This document shows positions 18,011 to 25,950 of a stretch of 35,086 bases of DNA, piece after piece. The stretch's first letter is position 1; each line of letters opens with the position of its first letter. The translations under genes were made by a program, and so were the position numbers. This stretch comes from an uncultured Campylobacterales bacterium. GTDB taxonomy: Bacteria > Campylobacterota > Campylobacteria > Campylobacterales > CAZXTK01. The stretch covers positions 1 through 35,086 of the forward strand of contig CAZXTK010000004.1 of the NCBI GenBank assembly GCA_964643665.1. Direction: 5' to 3'. The notes under the pieces were generated by a model that was not told the origin of the DNA, made no database searches, and was given only the letters and a program-made list of their open reading frames with translations.

Positions 18011-19987
18011 TTATTTTATTAACTTTTTAGCAGTAGTTACAATATTTTCAGTAGTAATGTTGAAGTGTTTATATAAATCATCTATTGGAGCACTTGCACC
18101 AAAAGTATCAGTCATACCAATAAACACATCACTTCTATCTAAGTATTGATGCCATCCAAAGCCAGTCATTGCTTCTATTGCTATTCTTGGAGCGTTTCCT
18201 AAAACATCATCTTGATATTCTTTGCTTTGAGCATTAAATTTTTCAAAACAAGGGAAAGACACAACCTCTGCTTTTATTCCGTCGTTTGCCAACTCTTGAG
18301 CTGATTTTAAAGCTAATTCAACTTCTGAACCACTAGCTAATAAAGTAATATCTGGGTTTTTAATATTTTTTAGTTTATAAGCACCCAAAGCTACTTTGTT
18401 TTCTTTTGTTTTTTTATCAAATCTAACAAGCGGTAAACCTTGTCTTGATAATGCCAATGCAGATGGAGTGTTTTCGCTCATTAAAGCACATTCCCAAGCC
18501 TCAGCAGTTTCTACAACATCACATGGTCTATAAACATTGATATTTGGTGTAGCTCTTAATGTTGCAACTTGCTCTATTGGTTGGTGAGTTGGACCATCCT
18601 CTCCTAAACCTATACTATCATGAGTTAATACATAAATAACTCTTTGTTTCATTAGAGCAGATAATCTAATAGAGCCTTTCATGAAGTCACTAAAGATTAA
18701 GAATGTTCCACCATAAGGAATAATACCACCATAAAGACTAAGACCATTCATCATAGCACCCATTACATGTTCTCTAATTCCGTAGTGTAAATATCTACCT
18801 TTGAAGTTTGTTCTTGTGATAGAGGCAGTATAAGGCGTTTTTGTTAAGTTAGAGCCTGTAAGGTCAGCACTACCGCCAACTATAAAGTTAAACTTTTTAG
18901 TAATAGCTTCAAGCGCCATTTGGCTTGCTTTTCTTGTTGCTACTTTTGTGTTGTTAGCAATTACTTCTTTTTTGAACGAGCTTATAACTCTATTAAGAGA
19001 GCTTAAATCTTTTTTGAAAGTTTCTTCAAATTTTTTCTTTTTAGGAGAGTTGTTTAGCTCATCATTCCAAGCATTATATGCCTTAATACCTCGTTCTTTT
19101 ACGCACTCCCAAGATTTGATAATATCATTTGGTATCTCAAATGGCTTATGGCTCCATCCTAGAGCTTTTCTTGTAGCATTTGCTTCTTCTTCGCCTAGTG
19201 GGGCACCGTGAACATCGTGAGTTCCAGCTAAGTTAGGTGAGCCAAAACCAATTTGTGTTTTACAAGCTATCAATGTTGGTTTTGTAGATTTTTTTGCTTT
19301 TATTATTGCTTCGTTAATTTCTTCGTAATTGTGTCCATCAATTTTGATTGTATTCCAATTAGACGCTTTAAATCTGGCAATTTGGTTTGTAGAAGTAGAA
19401 ACAGAAGTGTGACCATCGATTGAAATTTCATTATCATCCCAAAACAAAATTAATTTGCTTAGTTTCAGGTGTCCTGCCATATCTATGGCTTCTTGCGATA
19501 TACCTTCTGCCAAACAACCATCACCAGATATTACATAAGTGTAATGATCTACTAAGTTTTTGCCAAATCTAGTAGCAAAGTATTTTTGCGCAACTGCCAT
19601 ACCAACAGCAGTGCTAAGACCTTGACCTAATGGACCAGTTGTTGTCTCAACTCCTAATGTGTGACCATATTCTGGGTGACCCATAGTTACGGAGTTTAGT
19701 TGTCTGAAGTTTTTAATGTCCTCAATGCTTATATCTTTGTATCCAACTAAAAAGTTTAATGCATAATGTAGCATAGAACCATGTCCAGCCGATAGAATAA
19801 ATCTATCTCTGTTTGGCCATTTAGGATTATCTGGGTTTATGTTGATGTGCTCGCTAAAAAGAACAGTAGCAACATCTGCCATACCCATAGGCATACCAGG
19901 GTGACCCGAAGAAGCTTTATTTACAGCATCAATTGCCAAAAATCTAATAGCATTAGCCATATTTTTTAATTCATTTGTATTTTTCAT
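18011..19987 (-). CDS. cbbT: Transketolase (CbbT)
   Basis: SGHPGMPMG, RDRFILSAGHGS, GHPE, TTGPLGQG, GDGCL.EG and THDSIGLGEDGPTHQP. Confidence 0.97.
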   Translation of the reverse strand: MKNTNELKNMANAIRFLAIDAVNKASSGHPGMPMGMADVATVLFSEHININPDNPKWPNRDRFILSAGHGSMLHYALNFLVGYKDISIEDIKNFRQLNSVTMGHPEYGHTLGVETTTGPLGQGLSTAVGMAVAQKYFATRFGKNLVDHYTYVISGDGCLAEGISQEAIDMAGHLKLSKLILFWDDNEISIDGHTSVSTSTNQIARFKASNWNTIKIDGHNYEEINEAIIKAKKSTKPTLIACKTQIGFGSPNLAGTHDVHGAPLGEEEANATRKALGWSHKPFEIPNDIIKSWECVKERGIKAYNAWNDELNNSPKKKKFEETFKKDLSSLNRVISSFKKEVIANNTKVATRKASQMALEAITKKFNFIVGGSADLTGSNLTKTPYTASITRTNFKGRYLHYGIREHVMGAMMNGLSLYGGIIPYGGTFLIFSDFMKGSIRLSALMKQRVIYVLTHDSIGLGEDGPTHQPIEQVATLRATPNINVYRPCDVVETAEAWECALMSENTPSALALSRQGLPLVRFDKKTKENKVALGAYKLKNIKNPDITLLASGSEVELALKSAQELANDGIKAEVVSFPCFEKFNAQSKEYQDDVLGNAPRIAIEAMTGFGWHQYLDRSDVFIGMTDTFGASAPIDDLYKHFNITTENIVTTAKKLIK

Positions 19988-20023
19988 TTTTTTCCTTTGT
20001 ATTTTTTAGTTTTAGTTTAAACC

Positions 20024-20902
20024 CTAATCTCTAAGCTTTTTACTCTCAGATATCATTTTTGAAAGCATTGGAGTTAGTATAAGCTCTAATGCAAGTTCAA
20101 ATTTACCACCAGGAACAACCAATGTATTAGCATTTGTCATATAACTTTCATGTATTAAGCTAAGCAAATATGGGAAATCTACATTTTTAGCATCTTTAAA
20201 TGAGATGATAACGATACTCTCGCTAGGTCCTGGCACACTTGTTGCATCAAATGGGTATGAAGTATCTACTACTGGCGCTCTTTGGAAGTTTATATCTGTT
20301 AGTTTAAATTGAGGACAAATAACATTAACATAATCAGGCATTCTTCTTAATATTGTGTCTGTGATAGCCTCGTGAGAATATCCTCTTGCATTGTGATCTC
20401 TGTATATTTTTTGTATCCATTCAAGGTTTATTATAGGAACAATACCTAATTTTAAATCTACATATTGAGCTATATTTACACTATCAGTCCCAACAGCACC
20501 ATGCAAACCTTCGTAAAATAGCATATCGCTATCAGGGTCTAAATCTCTCCAAGGTGTAAAAGTCCCGCTAGGGCAACCGTATTGCTCTGCTTCTTCGTCG
20601 TTGTGTATGTAAGTTCTAGTTTTACCTGTTCCTGTTTTAGAATAGCTTGCCATAGTTTCTTCTAGCTTGTCTAGAATATTAGCATCTAAACCAAAGTGAG
20701 AAAAATGATGATTGCCTTTTTCTAACTCTTTTTGAGATTGTTCTTTCATAGCCGCTCTATCATATTTATGAAAAGCATCTCCTTCTATTTCTGCTGGTTT
20801 TATATTTTCTTTTTCGCAAATATTATGAAATATTTTTTGCGCAAATGAAGTTCCAGCTCCTGATGAGCCTGTTATTGACATTATTGGATGTTTTTTTGAC
20901 AT
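20024..20902 (-). CDS. cbbP: Phosphoribulokinase, proteobacterial type (CbbP/PrkB)
   Basis: MSKKHPI.SITGSSGAGTS P-loop, EGDAFH, FSHF, FYEGLHG, NLEWIQKI.RD, ILRRM and DINFQR. Aligns without gaps to my recollection of R. sphaeroides PRK. Confidence 0.97.
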   Translation of the reverse strand: MSKKHPIMSITGSSGAGTSFAQKIFHNICEKENIKPAEIEGDAFHKYDRAAMKEQSQKELEKGNHHFSHFGLDANILDKLEETMASYSKTGTGKTRTYIHNDEEAEQYGCPSGTFTPWRDLDPDSDMLFYEGLHGAVGTDSVNIAQYVDLKLGIVPIINLEWIQKIYRDHNARGYSHEAITDTILRRMPDYVNVICPQFKLTDINFQRAPVVDTSYPFDATSVPGPSESIVIISFKDAKNVDFPYLLSLIHESYMTNANTLVVPGGKFELALELILTPMLSKMISESKKLRD

Positions 20903-20931
20903 TTTCTACCTTTTTATTTGTGTTTTATTTA

Positions 20932-21891
20932 TTATTTGAAGTTTTTAAAATAATCTAAAATAACTTCTACTTCTTTTTTAGAACCAAATATCAAAGGAGT
21001 TCTTTGATGAATTGTTGTTGGCTCAATATCTAATATATCCTTATGACCATTAGTGGCTATACCACCAGCTTGCTCCACCATAAAAGCAACAGGATATGCC
21101 TCATAAATTAGTCTCAATCTTCCGTTTTCATAACCTTCTCTTTTATCGCTTGGATACAAGAAAACTCCACCTCTACTAAAGATTCTTGATAAATCAGCTA
21201 TCAAAGAAGCAATCCATCTCATATTGAAGTTTTCTCCTCTTTTACCATCTTTACCAGCCATTACATCTTTTATGTATTCGCTAACATTTTTATGCCAATG
21301 TCTTTGGTTAGATGCATTGATTGCAAATTCATTATAGCTTGGAGCTATTTTTAAATCTTTTTGTGCAAGTTCAAATTTGCCACTATTAGTGTTTAGTCTA
21401 TACATATGTGCACCCGCACCAGCTGTTACAAGAGCAGTTGTTTGTGGACCATACACAACAAGCATAGAAGCAACTTGCTCTCTACCACTGCTAAAAGGCA
21501 TACCATTATCGTTTTTTGCTTTTGTTTTAAAAATTGCAATAATTGTTCCAATTGAAACATTAGAAGCAATATTAGAAGAGCCATCAAGTGGGTCTATAGC
21601 AACAATATATGGTGCATCAGCGTTAATGTCTACTTCGCTTTCTTGCTCTTCTGAATAATAAGCACTTACTTGTTTGCTATCTTTACAAGCATCATAAAAT
21701 AAATCATCTGCTATTACATCAAGAGCTTTTTGAGAGTCACCATCTTGGTTTGTTTCGCCTATTTCGCCACCAAGTTCCCCGCCATTTCGTATTGTATCGC
21801 TTAGCTTTGCGGCCGCCGTACTCATTTTGCATATTAAATCATTTAATGATTCATCTACATTTTCTAATTTGTTTTTCGAACATATTCCCAT
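20932..21891 (-). CDS. cbbF: Class I fructose-1,6-bisphosphatase (CbbF; probably also SBPase)
   Basis: QKALDV, SEE, IDPLDGSSN, YGPQT, FNMRWIASL, GGVFLYP and GRLRLIYEA; first gene of the cluster. Confidence 0.95.
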   Translation of the reverse strand: MGICSKNKLENVDESLNDLICKMSTAAAKLSDTIRNGGELGGEIGETNQDGDSQKALDVIADDLFYDACKDSKQVSAYYSEEQESEVDINADAPYIVAIDPLDGSSNIASNVSIGTIIAIFKTKAKNDNGMPFSSGREQVASMLVVYGPQTTALVTAGAGAHMYRLNTNSGKFELAQKDLKIAPSYNEFAINASNQRHWHKNVSEYIKDVMAGKDGKRGENFNMRWIASLIADLSRIFSRGGVFLYPSDKREGYENGRLRLIYEAYPVAFMVEQAGGIATNGHKDILDIEPTTIHQRTPLIFGSKKEVEVILDYFKNFK

Positions 21892-22006
21892 TTATTATCC
21901 TTTGTTAATTTAGGTAGCCATAGTAACTAATATATGCTTTTAAGCCATAAAGCAAACACAATAATTCCTGTTATTTTTACATTAATGTTAGAAATACAGC
22001 TTTCCC

Positions 22007-22040
22007 ATTATCCAATATATTTGCTTAAAGTAAGCTTAAA
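22007..22040 (-). promoter_or_regulatory. Candidate host-type promoter of the cbb operon
   Basis: Minus strand TTTAAG-N5-TTTAAG-N11-GATAAT. The same AAG-N11-(-10) spacing occurs before the MFS gene, nifS and rpsF. Confidence 0.35.
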
Positions 22041-22277
22041 TTTGCATTCAAGTTGTAATTTATACATTTTTTATGGTATTTTTTAGCTTTTTATTTGCTT
22101 TTGGAACTCGTGTTGAAAGTTTAGCTTGTTATAATATGCAAATAAAACAAAATAGTTAAAACAAAATAAATTTAATATTTTTAATGTATTATTAAATAAA
22201 AAACAATTAGTGTATAATCCGTTATTGTTTGAAAAAGAGCAAAAAATAAGACTAAAAATAATCAATAAGGATAATAT

Positions 22278-23147
22278 TTGAGCAATATATGCAAACCATT
22301 AACAAAATGCTTGTTTCCTGTTGCAGGATATGGCACAAGATTTTTGCCAATAACAAAAACAATCTCAAAAGTTATGTTGCCAATAAACACTAAGCCAATA
22401 ATAGCCTATGGAGTAAATGAGGCATATAATAGTGGGTTTGATAGTATGAATTTTGTTACAAATCAACAAGATGTGCAAATAGAGAACTACTTTAAACCAT
22501 ACAAAGAATTAGAAAAACTGCTCAAAGATAAAAACAAGAAAAATGAATTAAATATGTTAGAAAGCATAAACAATATTTCAAATAATTGCAAATTCTCTTA
22601 TATTAAGCAAAAAAAAATACAAGGTTTAGGTGATGCTATTTTAAATGCCAAAGAGCTTGTAGGTAGCGAGGATTTTGGTGTTATTTTGGCTGATGATTTA
22701 TGTTTTAATGCAGATGATAGCGTGTTAAAACAAATGAAAGAAGTATATGAAAAATACCCTAATTATTGCATTGTGGCTGTAGAAGAGATCGAACTTAAAA
22801 ACTCGCATAAATACGGAATAGTATCTGGTAAGCAAATAGAAGATAATGTTTTTTTACTTGATGAGATGGTAGAAAAACCTTCAAGGCAAGAAGCACCGAG
22901 CAATCTTGCAATAATAGGCAGGTATATTTTAAAAAATGAGATTTTTGATGTGTTAGAGCATACAAAAATAGGAGTAGGTGGAGAACTGCAAATAACAGAT
23001 GCACTAAATTCGCTTGCAAAAAAACAAAAAGTATTAGCTTATAAATTTAAAGGTGTTAGATACGATTGTGGGTCAATAGATGGCTATATGAAGGCTCAAA
23101 ACTTTTTTTATAACCTATCAAAAGAGGCAAAAATTAGCAATGATTAA
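22278..23147 (+). CDS. galU: UTP--glucose-1-phosphate uridylyltransferase
   Basis: PVAGYGTRFLP.TK, GLGDAI, LADD, VEKP, GRYIL, GELQITDA and YDCG; TTG start after AAGGA. Confidence 0.93.
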   Translation: MSNICKPLTKCLFPVAGYGTRFLPITKTISKVMLPINTKPIIAYGVNEAYNSGFDSMNFVTNQQDVQIENYFKPYKELEKLLKDKNKKNELNMLESINNISNNCKFSYIKQKKIQGLGDAILNAKELVGSEDFGVILADDLCFNADDSVLKQMKEVYEKYPNYCIVAVEEIELKNSHKYGIVSGKQIEDNVFLLDEMVEKPSRQEAPSNLAIIGRYILKNEIFDVLEHTKIGVGGELQITDALNSLAKKQKVLAYKFKGVRYDCGSIDGYMKAQNFFYNLSKEAKISND

Positions 23148-24864
23148 ATTTATAAAACACTATGCACCACATTACACAAACTATAAGTTTCAGATATTTC
23201 TTGTTATTGTAGGTGCTATCTTTGTAGCATTAGGCGAGAGTGGAACAGCTTATGTAATTCAGCCACTTTTAGATGAAATATTTATAAACAAAGACGAACA
23301 AAAGCTTTTTTATCTTCCTTTTTTGGTAGTTATTTTATATAGTGCAAAAGGGCTTGGCAGATATTGGCAAGGATACTACACTGCATATATCGGCGAGGAT
23401 ATTTTAAGAAAAATACAAGATAAGTTATTAACCCACATGGTTGATTTAGATTTATCGTTTTTTCAACAAAACCATAATGGAGAAATGATTAGCCGTATTA
23501 CAAATGATATAAGCAGAATAAAAACTGCCGTATCTGAGACCATAGCGCTTTTTTTTCAAGAGAGTTTGGTTATTGTCGGCTTAATTGGGGTTGTAGTATA
23601 TCAAAACCCATTGCTTGCTTTTTATGGTTTGGTTGTTATGCCACTTGCTCTTTATCCGCTATCATTGCTAGCTAAAAGAATGAAAAAGCTCTCTTTTAAA
23701 TCGCAAGAGAAAAACTCTACAATACTATCCTCGCTTAGTGAGATATTTAACAATATAGAAATTATAAAAGCAAACCACACAAATAAATACGAAGTAGATA
23801 GGTTTAAAGAGCATAATTTAGAGTTTTTTCATATCAATATGAAAAGTATTAAAACTAATCTTATAGTATCACCTTTTATGGAAGTTATTGGCTCATTTGC
23901 AGTAGCTGGAGTTATTATTGTTGGTGGTAAGCAAGTTATTGATGGTGAGATGAGTGTTGGGGCATTTTTTTCGTTTTTGACGGCTTTGTTTTTGTTGTAT
24001 ACCCCAATAAAGCGTCTATCTCGTGCATATAATTCGTTTCAAGATGCATTAGCTGCGCATGAGAGAATAGGTGAACTTTTCAACCTACAATCAACCATAA
24101 AAGACGGCAGATTAAACATAAAACAAGACATAAAAAGCATTTGTTTTGATGGTGTTTCACTAAAATATGCAGATAATTTAGCCCTAAATAATGTCAATTT
24201 GCAAGTTAGCGTTGATGAAAAACGCAAAAACAATATAATAGCACTTGTTGGAGATAGCGGTAGCGGTAAAAGCTCTTTGGTGTCGCTACTTCTTAGATTT
24301 TATCAAAGCAATAGTGGTAGCATAAAAATAAACGACAAAGATATTAAAAACTTTAAAATAAGCTCATTAAGAGACTCTATTGCTTTTGTAACCCAAAGAG
24401 TGTATATTTTTAATGATAGCATTCTAAACAATGTAGCCTATGGTAAAAAGCCAAATAGAGCAAAGGCAATGAAAGCTCTTAAAAAAGCACATTGTGATGA
24501 GTTTGTAGATAAGTTAGAAAATGGCGTTGATACAATATTAGATGAGTTTGGGCTAAATTTAAGTGGCGGTCAAAGACAGCGAATAACCTTAGCAAGAGCT
24601 TTTTACAAAGAGCCAAAAGTTTTGATACTAGATGAAGCAACAAGTGCGTTAGATAATAAAAGCGAATCTTTGATAATAAATTCAATAAATAAATTTGGTG
24701 AAAAAAACTTAGTATTTATAATAGCTCATCGTCTAAGTAGCATTAAAAATGCATATAAGATTGCACTTTTAAAAAATGGCGAGATTATAGCATTTGATAC
24801 TCAAAATAATTTGCTAAAAAACTCAAAAGAATATCAGCAATTACATAAAAAAGGGCTATCTTAA
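23140..24864 (+). CDS. msbA: ABC exporter, fused permease/ATPase, MsbA-like
   Basis: TM domain plus GDSGSGKS (Walker A), LSGGQRQR and ILDEATSALD; upstream of pyrD as in C. jejuni. Confidence 0.8.
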   Translation: MIKFIKHYAPHYTNYKFQIFLVIVGAIFVALGESGTAYVIQPLLDEIFINKDEQKLFYLPFLVVILYSAKGLGRYWQGYYTAYIGEDILRKIQDKLLTHMVDLDLSFFQQNHNGEMISRITNDISRIKTAVSETIALFFQESLVIVGLIGVVVYQNPLLAFYGLVVMPLALYPLSLLAKRMKKLSFKSQEKNSTILSSLSEIFNNIEIIKANHTNKYEVDRFKEHNLEFFHINMKSIKTNLIVSPFMEVIGSFAVAGVIIVGGKQVIDGEMSVGAFFSFLTALFLLYTPIKRLSRAYNSFQDALAAHERIGELFNLQSTIKDGRLNIKQDIKSICFDGVSLKYADNLALNNVNLQVSVDEKRKNNIIALVGDSGSGKSSLVSLLLRFYQSNSGSIKINDKDIKNFKISSLRDSIAFVTQRVYIFNDSILNNVAYGKKPNRAKAMKALKKAHCDEFVDKLENGVDTILDEFGLNLSGGQRQRITLARAFYKEPKVLILDEATSALDNKSESLIINSINKFGEKNLVFIIAHRLSSIKNAYKIALLKNGEIIAFDTQNNLLKNSKEYQQLHKKGLS

Positions 24865-25940
24865 TGAGCGATATTATCTACAAACACATAATACGAAGAG
24901 TGCTTTTTTGCTTTGATTGCGAGAGAGTGCATACTTTTGTGATGTGTTTGCTAAAAAAAACATCTTTTATAGCTAACCCATTGTTTAATATCTTATACAA
25001 TTATGAAAACAAAACATTGTCTCAAAAACTATTTAACACAAAAGAGGCGCAAGTGTTGTTTAAAAACCCGATAGGTTTAGCAGCTGGGTTTGATAAAAGC
25101 TGTGATTATGCAGATATTTTGCAAAATTTTGGATTTGGCTTTTTGGAGTTTGGAACAGTTACGCCAAAAGAGCAATACGGAAACGACAAACCTAGAATTT
25201 TTAGGCTAATTAAAGATAAATCACTTCAAAACTCCATGGGTTTTAGCAATTTGGGATATAAATATTTTCTAAACAATATCAAAAATATAAAAAACACAAA
25301 TAATGTAGCAATCGGTATAAATATCGGCAAAAATAAAACCACAAGAGATGCCACAAAAGATTATAAATTTTTATTAAAAAAATTTGATAATAAAAGCAAT
25401 TATATTGCAATAAATATAAGCTCGCCAAACACAAAGGGGCTAAGAGACTTACAAAATGCAGACTTTTTGAAAGATATATTTAACTTTGTAAAAACAAATA
25501 ATATAAACTCACCCGTGCTTGTAAAAATATCACCTGATATGAGCAAAAAAAGCACTCTTGCTTTGTGCAAAAACGCCATAAAAGTAGGCGTAGATGGTAT
25601 TATAATATCAAATACCACAATAGATTATTCACTATCAAGTGATTGCTTGGATAATGGTGGGGTAAGTGGTGAGCTCTTGTGCGAAAAATCACGAAATATG
25701 CTTGAATATATAGCTTCAAACATTGATTACAAAAAGACAATTTTGATATCTTGTGGCGGTATAAGCAATGCCAATGAAGCATACAGGCGAATAAGACTTG
25801 GTGCTTCTTTGGTGCAAATTTACACTGCTTTAATATATGAGGGTGTTGGTGTATGTAGCGATATAAATAAAAATTTAGCCAAGCTATTAAGACAAGATGG
25901 TTTTAGTAATATATCTGAGGCAATTGGTGTAGACTTATAA
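24864..25940 (+). CDS. pyrD: Dihydroorotate dehydrogenase (quinone), class 2
   Basis: NPIGLAAGFDK, INIGKNK, NISSPNT.GLR, VKISPD and GASLVQIYT. Confidence 0.96.
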   Translation: MSDIIYKHIIRRVLFCFDCERVHTFVMCLLKKTSFIANPLFNILYNYENKTLSQKLFNTKEAQVLFKNPIGLAAGFDKSCDYADILQNFGFGFLEFGTVTPKEQYGNDKPRIFRLIKDKSLQNSMGFSNLGYKYFLNNIKNIKNTNNVAIGINIGKNKTTRDATKDYKFLLKKFDNKSNYIAINISSPNTKGLRDLQNADFLKDIFNFVKTNNINSPVLVKISPDMSKKSTLALCKNAIKVGVDGIIISNTTIDYSLSSDCLDNGGVSGELLCEKSRNMLEYIASNIDYKKTILISCGGISNANEAYRRIRLGASLVQIYTALIYEGVGVCSDINKNLAKLLRQDGFSNISEAIGVDL

Positions 25941-25950
25941 AGGATAGTTA

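Noticed and set aside
20024-20902. Uridine kinase, or an orphan enteric-type PrkB/YhfF, instead of a CBB PRK
   Set aside because: PRK-specific motifs and ribulose-5-phosphate-binding residues are present, and the gene is embedded in cbbF-cbbT-cbbA-cbbY-cbbZ.
15310-21891. Ordinary gluconeogenesis or pentose-phosphate operon
   Set aside because: PRK and CbbY have no role in those pathways, and the aldolase and FBPase are the proteobacterial cbb subtypes.
22083-22265. 60-aa minus-strand ORF upstream of cbbF as a leader or regulator
   Set aside because: F/N/L-rich translation typical of AT-rich intergenic sequence; no RBS or HTH/LysR features.
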